Source: Planctomycetota bacterium (GTDB lineage: Bacteria > Planctomycetota > B15-G4 > SIAN01). Taken from it: a stretch of DNA of 64,000 bases. The notes under the pieces are model-generated. The model was not told where the DNA came from, made no database searches, and was given only the letters and a program-made list of their open reading frames with translations. The stretch covers positions 32,001 to 96,000 of the forward strand of contig JANNXA010000027.1 of assembly GCA_031409275.1 (NCBI GenBank), written 5' to 3'. Below are positions 39,301-48,920 of the stretch, one piece after another (position 1 is the stretch's first letter; the number at the start of each line of letters is the position of its first letter). The translations under genes and the position numbers were made by a program.

Positions 39301-40128
39301 TCACACCGCCACGTCGAACTCGCGCAGCGCCTGGTTCAAGCTCGTCTTCAGGTCGGTGGAGGCCTTCCTCTCGCCGATCAGCAGCGCGCACGGCGTCCCG
39401 AACTCGCCGCCCGGGAACTTCTTCGGGAGCGTGCCAGGGATCACCACCGCGCGCGGCGGGATGCGGCCGCGCGTGATGGTGGCGGGCACCGCGTTCACGT
39501 CGATGATCGGCGTCGAGGCGGTCAGCACGACACCGGCACCGAGCACGGCCTGCTCCTCGACTAGCACCCCTTCGACGACGATCGCGCGGCTGCCGATGAA
39601 GCAGCCATCTTCGATGATGACCGGCTGCGCTTGCGGCGGTTCGAGGACGCCGCCGATGCCCACGCCACCCGACAGGTGGACGTCGCGACCGACTTGCGCG
39701 CAGCTGCCGACCGTCGCCCAGGTGTCGACCATCGTGCCGCTGCCGACCCGCGCGCCGATGTTCACGTAGCTCGGCATCATCACGACGCCGCGCTCGAGGA
39801 ACGCCCCGTAGCGGCAGATTCCGTGCGGAACGATGCGTACGCCGGCGGCGGCGAGGTTTCGCTTGAGCGGCACCTTGTCGTGGAACTCGAAGGGCCCGAC
39901 GGTCACCGTCTCGAGGCCGCGCAGCCGGAAGTAGAGGAGGATCGCCTGCTTGATCCAGCCATGCGTCGTCCACGTCGCGCGCCCATCGGGACCGGCGAGC
40001 TTCTCCGCGACCCGCAGCGTCCCGTCATCGAGGCGGGCGATGGTCGCCTCGACCGCGGCGAGGAGCGCCGCTCGCTCGGCGGTGAGGTCGCCGGTGGCGA
40101 AGGCGCGTTCGATGATGGCGACGTTCAA
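39301..40128 (-). CDS. dapD: Tetrahydrodipicolinate N-succinyltransferase
   Basis: LDDGTLRVAEK, WIKQAILLYF, DKVPLK, MPSYVNIGA..TMVDTWATVGSCAQ..HLSGGVGIGGVLEP. TTG 40128 overlaps the dapC stop. Confidence 0.95.
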   Translation of the reverse strand: MNVAIIERAFATGDLTAERAALLAAVEATIARLDDGTLRVAEKLAGPDGRATWTTHGWIKQAILLYFRLRGLETVTVGPFEFHDKVPLKRNLAAAGVRIVPHGICRYGAFLERGVVMMPSYVNIGARVGSGTMVDTWATVGSCAQVGRDVHLSGGVGIGGVLEPPQAQPVIIEDGCFIGSRAIVVEGVLVEEQAVLGAGVVLTASTPIIDVNAVPATITRGRIPPRAVVIPGTLPKKFPGGEFGTPCALLIGERKASTDLKTSLNQALREFDVAV

Positions 40129-41288
40129 GCGGTGAGTCCTTCGAGTCGCGCGACCGCTGCGCGGCAGTCCGCTTCGGTGGCGACCAGCGCAAATCGCACG
40201 TGCTGCTCGCCGCCGACGCCAAGCCAGGAGCCCGGCGTCACCAGCAGCCCGAGCTCGAGCAGCTTCTCCGCGAGCTGGACGGAGTCCTTGAAGCCGGCCG
40301 GCACGCGCCACCAGAGGTAGAAGGTCGCGGCACCGCCGTCATGGTGCCACCCCTTCTTGCGGAAGAGCGCGAGGAAGAGCTCGCGACGGCGTCGGTAGGT
40401 GTCGATCACGCCGGTCACGTGAGCGTCGTCGTTCCACGCGGCGGTGGCCGCCGCCTGCACGAAATCGGGGGTCGCCACGCCGACGGCTGGCCGGAAGCGG
40501 GCGAGCGCCGCGATCAGCCGCGGATCGCCGGCGACGAAACCGCTGCGATAGCCGGTCATCGAGCTGCGCTTGCTGCAGCTGTGGAACGCCAGCACGTTCG
40601 CGAACTTCGGTGCATCGGCCGCGACCAGCACGCTCGCGGAGGGCTGCTCGAAATAGAGGTCGGCGTAGCACTCATCCGACCCGAGCACGAAGTCGTGCTT
40701 GCGAGCCAGCGCGACGAGGCGCGCGTAGAGCTTTGCATCGGCCTCGGCACCCGTCGGGTTGTGCGGGTAGTTGACCCACATCAACGCGGTGCGATCGAGC
40801 AGCTGCGGCGAGAGCGCGGCAAGGTCGGGACGGAAGCCATGCGCGCGATCGAGCTTGACCGCGTGGTGGGTCGCTCCGGCGTAGGCGGCGCCCTGCTCGT
40901 AGACCGGGTACGCGGGCTCGAAGGTGACCACCGTCTTCTTGCTCGATGCCGGATCGATCAGCGCGAGGTGGGTCGTGAAGATCCCCTCCTTCGTGCCGTT
41001 CACCGGAAGCACGTGCGTCTCCGGATCGAGCGGCACGCCGAAGCGTCGCGCCACGTAGCTGCAGATGGCGCCGCGCAGCTTCGCGCTCCCCTTCACGCTC
41101 GGGTACGACGAGATCTCGGGCACCGCCGCCTTCATCGCGTCGCGCAGGAAGGCGGGCGTCGGCTCGCGCGGATCGCCCATCGAGAAGTCGAGCATGCGCT
41201 GGCCCGCGGCCTCGCGCTGCCGCTTGATCTCCATCAGCTTCGCGAAGGGGTACTCGCGCGCCGCTTCGAGGATCGGATTCAATTTCAC
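40125..41288 (-). CDS. dapC: Succinyldiaminopimelate transaminase (PLP, class I/II)
   Basis: YPF, GDPREPTP, VNGTKEGIF, NYPHNPTG, SDECY, SCSKRSSMTGYRSGF. Lies between dapE and dapD. Confidence 0.88.
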   Translation of the reverse strand: MKLNPILEAAREYPFAKLMEIKRQREAAGQRMLDFSMGDPREPTPAFLRDAMKAAVPEISSYPSVKGSAKLRGAICSYVARRFGVPLDPETHVLPVNGTKEGIFTTHLALIDPASSKKTVVTFEPAYPVYEQGAAYAGATHHAVKLDRAHGFRPDLAALSPQLLDRTALMWVNYPHNPTGAEADAKLYARLVALARKHDFVLGSDECYADLYFEQPSASVLVAADAPKFANVLAFHSCSKRSSMTGYRSGFVAGDPRLIAALARFRPAVGVATPDFVQAAATAAWNDDAHVTGVIDTYRRRRELFLALFRKKGWHHDGGAATFYLWWRVPAGFKDSVQLAEKLLELGLLVTPGSWLGVGGEQHVRFALVATEADCRAAVARLEGLTA

Positions 41289-41298
41289 GGGACGCCCT

Positions 41299-42516
41299 TC
41301 ATGACGGGTCGGCGGCGAGGCCGAGGAAGGAACGGAAGAGCGCCAGCGAAGCGACCATCTTCGCGATCGAAGCGTGCTCCGCCTGCTGGTGCGCGAGCTC
41401 GGGCGCGCCTGGACCGCAGCTGACCGCATCGAGTCCCATGGCCGTGAAGCGCCCCACGTCGGTCCACGCCTGCTTGGCGCGCGCCACACCGGAGAGTTGC
41501 ACCAGCCGATCGCACCAGCGGTTGCCCTGCGCGACGCGGCCCGCGGGCGCGAGGTCCTTGAAGGCGACTTCGGCGAGGCCGTCGGCGAGCTGCGTCACCT
41601 GCGCGCGCGCGTCGTCCGGCGTGCGATCGGGCGCGAAGCGGAAGTTCAGGTTCATCACGCAGTCGTCGGGAATGACGTTCTTCGCCTTGCCGCCGCGGAT
41701 GCCGGTGATCGACATCACCTCGCGATACTCGATGTCGGGGCGGCCGGGCGGCGACCAGCGCCGCTCGGCGCGCTCCGCCACCTGGTGCAGCAGCGGCAGC
41801 GCGGCGTGGATCGCGTTCTTGCCGAGCCACGGTCGCGCCGCGTGGGCCGCCTTGCCGCGCACGGTCAGCTCCGCGTGCAGCGTCCCGAGGCAGCCGAGCT
41901 CGACCGCGTTGCTGGTCGGCTCGACGCAGATCGCGAACTGCGCCTCGCTCAACGCCGGCCAGTCGCGCGCCACCTCGATCAGCCCCGACTCGGCGAAGGC
42001 GATCTCCTCGCGCGCGTAGAAGACGAAGGCGGGCGAGCAGGGCAGCCGCGTCGCCGCCGCCGGATCGCGCGCGAGCCACTCCGAAAGTTGATCGAGCAGC
42101 TTCCAGAGCACCGCGATCCCGCTCTTCAGGTCGCTCGTGCCGAGCCCGTGGATCAGGTCGCCTTCGCGCCGCGGCGGCAGGTTGCCGTTGACCGGCACGG
42201 TGTCGAGATGGCCGCAGAAGACGACGAGCGGCTTGCCGGCGAGCGTCGGCAGCGTGACGACGAGGTTGTCGCCCGTGCGGAGCACGAAGCGGCCGGGCAC
42301 GGCGCGCAGCCGCGTCTCGAGCCAGTCGCACAGCGCCTTTTCGTCGCGACTCACCGACGGGATCGAGGCGAGCTCGAGCAGCCGGCGCGCAAGCTCCTCG
42401 CCGAGCGCTGCGCTGCCGCCGTTCGCCGTTCCCGCGCTGTCGATCGCTGCCACCACGGCCTCGCTTCGGGTCTCGCTCGCTGTCGCGTGATCTCTCGCGA
42501 CGAAGTGTGGGAGCAT
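41299..42516 (-). CDS. dapE: Succinyl-diaminopimelate desuccinylase (M20)
   Basis: GHLDTVP, GLGTSDLKSG, FYAREEI, EPT..ELGCLG, AHAARPWLG.NAIH, KQAWTDV, AHQQAE. Start uncertain. Confidence 0.9.
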   Translation of the reverse strand: MLPHFVARDHATASETRSEAVVAAIDSAGTANGGSAALGEELARRLLELASIPSVSRDEKALCDWLETRLRAVPGRFVLRTGDNLVVTLPTLAGKPLVVFCGHLDTVPVNGNLPPRREGDLIHGLGTSDLKSGIAVLWKLLDQLSEWLARDPAAATRLPCSPAFVFYAREEIAFAESGLIEVARDWPALSEAQFAICVEPTSNAVELGCLGTLHAELTVRGKAAHAARPWLGKNAIHAALPLLHQVAERAERRWSPPGRPDIEYREVMSITGIRGGKAKNVIPDDCVMNLNFRFAPDRTPDDARAQVTQLADGLAEVAFKDLAPAGRVAQGNRWCDRLVQLSGVARAKQAWTDVGRFTAMGLDAVSCGPGAPELAHQQAEHASIAKMVASLALFRSFLGLAADPS

Positions 42517-42555
42517 AGCGGTGCGTCATCTCCCGCCCGATCGGAGGAGCTCGCC

Positions 42556-42894
42556 ATGCCGTCGCCGTTCATCGCCGATCCCAAGTCACTCGCCGCCTGG
42601 AACGCCGCCAGGATGGGCAAGGCGACGCTCTTTGCTGGATCCCATCTCATGGCGGGTTGGAACGCCTTCGAGCCGGGGCAGGAACACGCGAGCCACGCGC
42701 ACGCCGGCACCGACAAGCTCTACGTCGTGGTCGAGGGCGAAGGCGAGTTCGAAGTCGCTGGCGTACGGCAACGCCTCGCCGCCGGCGCGCACGTCTTCGC
42801 ACCAGCCGGCGTCTCGCATGGGGTGAAGAACGTCGGGACTGGCCGGCTGTTGGTGCTCGCGGTGATGGCGCCGCCGCCGAGATCGAGCGGGTGA
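42556..42894 (+). CDS. Cupin domain protein
   Basis: GGAGG SD before the ATG. FEPGQEHASHAH...KLYVVVEGEG..APAGVSHGVKN. Confidence 0.85.
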   Translation: MPSPFIADPKSLAAWNAARMGKATLFAGSHLMAGWNAFEPGQEHASHAHAGTDKLYVVVEGEGEFEVAGVRQRLAAGAHVFAPAGVSHGVKNVGTGRLLVLAVMAPPPRSSG

Positions 42895-43007
42895 ACGGCG
42901 CGACCGCCGCGGAGGCGCCATAGCAGGTGGCGCGGCGGCGTCGCGAGCGGCGCTATCGTTCGCCGCCCTGATTCCGGTCGGATCCCTCGCGGAACGCTCC
43001 CCTCGCC

Positions 43008-43790
43008 ATGTTCTTCGTCTTCCTCGGCATCGCGCTCGCGGACCTGCTCTTCCTCGCGACCTGGCTCGTGCTCGGCTTCCAGGTCGACGGTGAGGCCGCG
43101 CGCGCGCAGTACCACCAGATCGGCGGCCTCATGGTCGCGATCCTCACGGTCTTCGCGCACAGCGTGACCTTCGTCTACTTCCTCGGCACCGGGCTCGCCG
43201 TGAAAGAGGCGCGCAAGAACTGGGGGATCGACACCGACTTCATCCGCCAGACGCGGCGCTTCAAGCTGCAGGCCTACCCGATCTCGATGGTGGCGATCGG
43301 CTTCACGTGTGCCACCGGCATCCTCGGCGGCGCGGTACGCAGCGGGGACGCGCCGATCCTGGTGCACCGCCTGCTCGCGTTCGCGGCGACGCTGACGACG
43401 CTCGCCTCGTTCGTCGTCTCGCTGCGGCTCATGCTGCGCAACGGCTACATGATGGCGGTGATCCGCGGTGAGGTCGTGCAGATCAAGGCGGCGGCCGCGC
43501 GCGGCGAAGCGGTGCTGGGCATCGGCGGCGGCAAGCCGGAGCTGCTCAAGCGTCCCGACGAAGTGAAGCAGGCGCCATCGGGCTTCCTCGCGTCGCGTGC
43601 CTGCCTCTTCCTCGCGATCAGCACGTGGGGGCTCTACGCCTTCCTGTGGGCGCAGCACCGCGCGCACGGCAAGTGGGCCGACTTCGGAACCGTCGGCTGG
43701 ATCCCGTTCGCGGCCGTGTCGCTGCCGCTGCTGGTGGGGGCGGTGTGGTTGAAGGGGAGGTATCCGCTACCACGCGACGTCGACTTCTAG
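43008..43790 (+). CDS. Hypothetical multi-pass membrane protein
   Basis: Several TM segments containing His (YHQIGG, FAHS..FVYFLGTG, LVHRLLA); genome-typical codon usage. Confidence 0.7.
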   Translation: MFFVFLGIALADLLFLATWLVLGFQVDGEAARAQYHQIGGLMVAILTVFAHSVTFVYFLGTGLAVKEARKNWGIDTDFIRQTRRFKLQAYPISMVAIGFTCATGILGGAVRSGDAPILVHRLLAFAATLTTLASFVVSLRLMLRNGYMMAVIRGEVVQIKAAAARGEAVLGIGGGKPELLKRPDEVKQAPSGFLASRACLFLAISTWGLYAFLWAQHRAHGKWADFGTVGWIPFAAVSLPLLVGAVWLKGRYPLPRDVDF

Positions 43791-43928
43791 GCGGCTTGCG
43801 GCGGCGGGTCATCTGCGTCGTCGGGGCGCCCATCGCAGTGTCCTGCGGACACAGCTTCGGGACGCCCCTCCTCGCATCTGACCCACCGGCGCGGCGCCGC
43901 CGGCGCAAGCGGGGCGAGCGGTGGTTGC

Positions 43929-44095
43929 GCGAGCGGCTGCGGGTACGCAGCGCTCGGCGTCGGTGACGGGGCGAGCGGCTGCGGGTACGCAGCGCTCGGC
44001 GACGGTGACGGGGCGAGCGGCTGCGAGGACGCAGCGCTCGGCGATGGTGACGGGGCGAGCGGCTGCGAGGACGCAGCGCTCGGCGATGGTGACGG
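43929..44095. repeat. Four tandem 42-bp palindromic (REP-like) units
   Basis: Units start at 43929, 43971, 44013 and 44055. Each contains CGAGC-G-GCTGCG-[GGTA/AGGA]-CGCAGC-GCTCG followed by GCG(TC/AC/AT)GGTGACGG. Confidence 0.9.
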
Positions 44096-44112
44096 CGCTA
44101 GGGAGGGTGGCG

Positions 44113-45024
44113 ATGTTGCTTGGGGCGCATGTGTCGGTGGCGGGCGGGTTGGTGAATGGGGCGGTCGAGGGGCGGGCGATTGGCGCGGAGGTGATTCAGG
44201 TCTTTACGCGCAATCAACGGCAGTGGGCGGCGAAGCCGGTTACCGATGAAGAGGCGGTCGGGTTTCGCGACAGTCTCGGAGCGCAGCGGATCGGCGCGGT
44301 GATGTCGCACGCTTCGTATCTGCTGAACCTGTGCGCCCCCAATCTCGAGGCGCGGCGCAAGTCGGCGGCGGCCTTCATCGCGGAGATCGAGCGCTGCGCG
44401 AAGCTCGGCGTGACGCTGCTCAACTTCCATCCGGGCGCGCATCTGGGTTCGGGCGAGTCGGCGGCGATCGAGGCAGCGGCGCAGATCCTGCGCGAGGCGA
44501 TCGAAGAGACGCCCGATGCGACGCAGGTGCGTCTGGTGATCGAGAACACGGCCGGACAAGGCTCCTGCATCGGCCATCGCTTCGAGCACCTCGCCGAGCT
44601 GCTCGAGAAGGTCGGAGACGAGAAGCGCACCGGGATCTGTCTCGATACGCAACACGCCTACGCCGCGGGTTACGACGTGAAGAGTGCGACCGGATTCGAA
44701 GGGGTGATCGCGGACTTGGAGCGGACCGTCGGCCTGAAGCGGCTGCACGCCTTCCACCTGAACGACTCGAAGGTCGCGCTCGGCGGAAAAGTCGATCGTC
44801 ATCAGTGCCTCGGCGACGGCACCATCGGCTGGGAGCTCTTCGAGCGGCTCGCCGTCGACCCGCGCTTCGCCACGACCCCGGGGTTCCTCGAGACGCCGGC
44901 CGGGCCGTCAGGGTGGCAGAAGGAGATCGCCCATCTGCGCGCGGTCAGCGCAGCTCCGCAAGCTGCGTCAACTGCTGGCGCGCCGTCGCGGCGTGAGCGC
45001 TCGTCCCCGAAGCGAGCACGCTGA
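44113..45024 (+). CDS. nfo: Endonuclease IV
   Basis: MLLGAHVSVAGG, QVFTRNQRQW, HASYLLNL, HPG, IENTAGQG, CLDTQH, HLNDSK...DRH, LETP. Confidence 0.96.
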   Translation: MLLGAHVSVAGGLVNGAVEGRAIGAEVIQVFTRNQRQWAAKPVTDEEAVGFRDSLGAQRIGAVMSHASYLLNLCAPNLEARRKSAAAFIAEIERCAKLGVTLLNFHPGAHLGSGESAAIEAAAQILREAIEETPDATQVRLVIENTAGQGSCIGHRFEHLAELLEKVGDEKRTGICLDTQHAYAAGYDVKSATGFEGVIADLERTVGLKRLHAFHLNDSKVALGGKVDRHQCLGDGTIGWELFERLAVDPRFATTPGFLETPAGPSGWQKEIAHLRAVSAAPQAASTAGAPSRRERSSPKRAR

Positions 45025-45493
45025 GCTCGCGCGTCGCTTCGTCGGCGCGCGACAGTTCGAGCAGCAGCTGGACCAGCGCGAAACGGGCATCGTCCTGCAG
45101 CGGAGGCGCTGCGAGCTGCACGGCATCTTGCAGGCTCGCGAGTCCTTGGGCGGGGTGGCGATCCTGCAGGCAGGCGAGTCCGTGCAGGTAGCGGATGCCG
45201 GCGTGCGCCAGCGTCGGCTCGACGCGCTCGAGCGCGACGGCGAGCGTCGCGAAGTGGCCGGCAGCGAGGTGGCCAAGCAGCTCGTCGCGCAGCTTTGCCG
45301 GCAGCGCGTCGCCGAGCAGCGCGCTCGCCTGCGCTGCGTCGGGCAGCGCCAGCGGAAGCGCCAGCGCGGCGACGGCGCGCGCCTGCGGCGGGAAGAAGCG
45401 GTCGCGAAACGGCCCGACCACCAACGCAACCGGCACACAGACGGCGACGGCGAGGAAGAGGAGCAGGCGGCGGTTGCTGGTGGGGTGCGACAT
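44945..45493 (-). CDS. Hypothetical membrane-anchored TPR-like protein
   Basis: ATG 45493, an N-terminal TM segment, and helical repeats YLHGLACLQ / ARFALVQLLL. Overlaps the nfo 3' end convergently. Confidence 0.55.
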   Translation of the reverse strand: MSHPTSNRRLLLFLAVAVCVPVALVVGPFRDRFFPPQARAVAALALPLALPDAAQASALLGDALPAKLRDELLGHLAAGHFATLAVALERVEPTLAHAGIRYLHGLACLQDRHPAQGLASLQDAVQLAAPPLQDDARFALVQLLLELSRADEATRELSVLASGTSAHAATARQQLTQLAELR

Positions 45494-45549
45494 CGGGCGC
45501 CCGTCATAATGCGTCGCGTCGCGAAACGTGCCGGAGTTGCAAAGCCGCC

Positions 45550-47751
45550 TTGATCCCGATCGTCTCCGGCAACCTCGGCGTCGACCTGCTGCTCCACCGG
45601 CAGACGGGCGCGGCGGCCCCATTGGCGGCCGCCACCGTTGCAGCGATCGAGCGGATGGCGGCGCTCGGGGCCGGTGCGGTCGAGGAGTACCTGGCGTGGG
45701 CGCTCGTCGAGCCGGAGCGCGGCCGCTTCGAGTGGGGCCGCGCGCGTGCGACGGCGGCGGCGGCCCACGCTCGCGGGTTGCGCTACGTGGTCTACCCGTG
45801 GCTGCACGTCGTGCCCACGTGGTTCCTGCGCGACGCGGAGTTCGTTCCCTACCGCTGCCTCGAGCACGACCAGAGTTGCGGCTGGCCTTCACCGTTCGCG
45901 CCGACCACGCGCGCCGCGTTCGCCCGCTTCTTCGCCGCGCTTCGCGACGGACTCGGAACCGAGATCGATGCGCTGTGCGTCGCCTTTCCGGCCGACTACG
46001 GCGAGGCGGGCTTTCCGACTGGAATGGCGACCTGGGTCAATCCGCTGGCGCCGCCGCACGATCATGTCCACGCCGGATTCTGGTGCGGCGATCGGCACGC
46101 GCGGGCGGCATGGGAGCGCTTCGCCACGCGGCACGGCGCGCCGCTCGATCCGGCGCTCGCATTCGCGGCGCCGGAGGGGCGCGCCACGCTCGCTCGCTTC
46201 CTGGCCGAGGCGATGGCGGACTTCGCCGACGCGATCCTCGCCGCGGCGCGTGCGGCGTTTCCGGCGCTGCCGATCTGGATCAAGGTGGGGCACGGCGGTG
46301 AGCTCGCCGAGTACGGCGTCGACGCGACCCTGTTGGTGCGTGCCGCGGCGCGCCACGGCGCTGGCGTGCGCACCACGCAAGCGACGCTGCCGTGGCTGCA
46401 TCAGCAGCGACTCGCGACGCCGTGCCACTGGTTCGCGGTCCCATTCGCGAGCGAGCCGCCCGCCGACGTCGGGCGTGAGGCGGTGGCGGCTCGCTTGTTC
46501 GATGACGCCGCGACTGGAGTGGTCGAGGCGTTCGACTATCCGGAGTACCTCGAAGGGGCGTGCGACCTGCTCGCGCGAGATGGCGCGCTGCGTTGCGGAG
46601 CGCTGCCGCGGGTCGACGTCGCGCTCCACTTCGCCAGCGATGCGCTGCACGCGCAGGAGGCGATGGCGATGCCGCCGCGGCTCCATCGCCTTGCGGAAGC
46701 GCTGCGTGACCGTTTCGACTTCGCGGTGGTCGATCGGACGCTGATCGCGGCGGGTGTGCTCAGCGGGCAGCGGGTCGTGGCGCTGCTCGAAGGGTGCTTC
46801 GACGACGTCGACGAGCAGCGGGCGCTCCTGCAGTTCGTCGCGACGGGAGGCACGCTCCTGTGCGGCGCTGGCGTGCGCTGCGCCGAGGGCCCTTTGTCGC
46901 ATGCGCTGGCTCGCGCGCCGGATGCCAGTGGCGCCGTGCTCCTCCACGCGAAACCGTCGGCCTCGCATGTCGTGCGTTTCGGAACGCCGGGCGAAGAGCA
47001 GTGGCTCTTTGGCGAATGGCATGCGGCGGAGGAGGCGTGCCAGTTCGTCGGCGGGCCGCCGCGGGGCGAACGGGCGCGCTGGAGCGGCGCGGGCGCCGGG
47101 CTGTTGCTGGCGCGGCCGGCGGGGCGGCGCGCGCTGCTCGAAATTGAGTGCTGGAGCCATCCGCTCTTCGTCGGGCAGAAGCGCGTCGTCGAGCTCGACG
47201 GGGTCGTGCTGGGCGAACTCGATCGCGCGGGGCTGCAGCGTTTCGCGGCGTGGATGCCGGCCCCATGCGACGACTGCGCCTCGCGCCTCACGTTCGGTGG
47301 CGACCTCGTCGTGCCGTCGCAGCGCGGGATGAGCCGCGACCCGCGCGCGCTCGGCGTCGCGATGTTGTGGCTGCGCGTGACGGCGGAGGGCGAGGCCGCG
47401 GCAGCGGTCGCGAGTGCGCCGCCGCCTCGCTACGACGCGACGGTCGATGGCGAGCACCTCGCCACCGAGGAGCTTGAAGGCGGCCGCGGCGTCCTGCTGC
47501 GTCTCGCCGATGGCCCGGAGCTGCGCTTCGTGGCGCTGCTCGAGTGGCTGGTGCGCGCGCGATCGGCGTGGGGCCGGGCGGCGCCGTCGGCACCGCCGGG
47601 CGTGCGGCTCGCTCGCTTCGCGGACCACTGGCTGGCATGGAATCGGACCTCGAATCGAGTGAAGCTCGCGGCGACGCCCACCACTGCCGCAGTGGAACTC
47701 GGCGCCGGCGCACTCGCCCGGCTGCCGTTGCTCGAAGAGGAGCGCTCGTGA
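45550..47751 (+). CDS. Glycoside hydrolase, GH14/GH42-like TIM barrel with additional C-terminal domains
   Basis: EYLAWALVEPERGRFEW, YPWLHVVPTW, DYGEAGFP and FASEPP (candidate catalytic Glu pair), then a GATase-like RFDFAVVD segment. Start (TTG 45550) uncertain. Confidence 0.6.
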   Translation: MIPIVSGNLGVDLLLHRQTGAAAPLAAATVAAIERMAALGAGAVEEYLAWALVEPERGRFEWGRARATAAAAHARGLRYVVYPWLHVVPTWFLRDAEFVPYRCLEHDQSCGWPSPFAPTTRAAFARFFAALRDGLGTEIDALCVAFPADYGEAGFPTGMATWVNPLAPPHDHVHAGFWCGDRHARAAWERFATRHGAPLDPALAFAAPEGRATLARFLAEAMADFADAILAAARAAFPALPIWIKVGHGGELAEYGVDATLLVRAAARHGAGVRTTQATLPWLHQQRLATPCHWFAVPFASEPPADVGREAVAARLFDDAATGVVEAFDYPEYLEGACDLLARDGALRCGALPRVDVALHFASDALHAQEAMAMPPRLHRLAEALRDRFDFAVVDRTLIAAGVLSGQRVVALLEGCFDDVDEQRALLQFVATGGTLLCGAGVRCAEGPLSHALARAPDASGAVLLHAKPSASHVVRFGTPGEEQWLFGEWHAAEEACQFVGGPPRGERARWSGAGAGLLLARPAGRRALLEIECWSHPLFVGQKRVVELDGVVLGELDRAGLQRFAAWMPAPCDDCASRLTFGGDLVVPSQRGMSRDPRALGVAMLWLRVTAEGEAAAAVASAPPPRYDATVDGEHLATEELEGGRGVLLRLADGPELRFVALLEWLVRARSAWGRAAPSAPPGVRLARFADHWLAWNRTSNRVKLAATPTTAAVELGAGALARLPLLEEERS

Positions 47752-48920
47752 TTTCGCAGAAGCTCGTCCCGTTCGGCACGACCATCTTGAGCGAGATGAC
47801 GGCGCTCGCGCAGCAGCACGGCGCGATCAACCTCGCCCAGGGCTTCCCCGACTTCGAGGGACCGCGCGCGATCGTCGAGGCGGCGCAGCGCGCGCTGGGC
47901 GCGGGCGAGAACCAGTACGCCCGCTCGCTCGGCCATCCGGCGCTGGTGAAGGCGCTGGCGGCCAAGTACCGCCGTCGGCAGGGACTCGAGTTCGATCCGC
48001 AGAGCGAAGTGGTCATCTTCTGCGGCGCCACCGAAGGAATCGCGAGCTCGCTGCTCGGCCTGCTCGATCCCGGCGACGAGGTGATCCTCTTCGAGCCGTA
48101 CTACGACAGCTATCCGGTCGCGGTGGCGTTGGCGGGCGCGAAGCCGCGCTTCTGCACGCTCCGCTTCCCCGACTTCCGCATCGACGAAGCGGCGCTCGCG
48201 GCCTGCTTCACGGCGCGCACCAAGGTCCTCCTCCTCAACACTCCGCACAACCCGACCGGCAAGGTCTTCACGCGCGCGGAGCTCGAGGTCATCGCGCGGC
48301 TCTGCCATCAGCACGACGTCGTGGTGGTGGCCGACGAGGTCTACGAGCACCTCACCTACGACGGCGCCGAGGCGATCTCGATCGCCACCTTGCCCGGCAT
48401 GCGCGAGCGGACGCTCACGCTGTCGTCGAGCGGCAAGTGCTTTTCGCTGACGGGCTGGAAGATCGGCTGGGGCGTCGGACCGCGCGCCCTGGTGGCGGCG
48501 GCGCAGGCGGCCCATCAGTACGTGACGTTCTCGGTGGCGACGCCGCTGCAGGTCGCCATCGCGGAGGCGATCGAACAGTTCCAGGACGACTACTTCGCGC
48601 AGTTGCAGCGCGACTACACCGCGCGGCGCGACTTCCTGGTGGGCGTGCTGCGCGAAGTCGGATTCGAGGTCGCGCTGCCGCGCGGCGCCTACTTCGTGCT
48701 GGCCGACTTCACGCGCCGTTTCCCGCGCGAGCGCCATGGCGACGATCGCGCGGTGGCGCGAATGCTGGTCGAGCAGTTCGGCGTCGCCGCCATTCCGCCG
48801 AGCGTCTTCTATGCGCAGGACGACGACGGCAAACGGCTGCTGCGTTTCGCCTTCTGCAAGCGCATGGAGACGCTGGAGGCCGCGGCGAAGCGGCTGCGCG
48901 CGATGGGAGCTCCACGATGA
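47748..48920 (+). CDS. Methionine/glutamine aminotransferase (YbdL/KAT-like, class I/II)
   Basis: AINLAQGFPDF, GATEG, EPYYDSY, LNTPHNPTGKVF, DEVYEHL, SSGKCFSLTGWKIGW, RFAFCK. Confidence 0.9.
   Translation: MISQKLVPFGTTILSEMTALAQQHGAINLAQGFPDFEGPRAIVEAAQRALGAGENQYARSLGHPALVKALAAKYRRRQGLEFDPQSEVVIFCGATEGIASSLLGLLDPGDEVILFEPYYDSYPVAVALAGAKPRFCTLRFPDFRIDEAALAACFTARTKVLLLNTPHNPTGKVFTRAELEVIARLCHQHDVVVVADEVYEHLTYDGAEAISIATLPGMRERTLTLSSSGKCFSLTGWKIGWGVGPRALVAAAQAAHQYVTFSVATPLQVAIAEAIEQFQDDYFAQLQRDYTARRDFLVGVLREVGFEVALPRGAYFVLADFTRRFPRERHGDDRAVARMLVEQFGVAAIPPSVFYAQDDDGKRLLRFAFCKRMETLEAAAKRLRAMGAPR

Noticed and set aside
43929..44095. 42-bp periodic array as a CRISPR
   Set aside because: The units are nearly identical end to end with no unique spacers, and there are no cas genes in the window.
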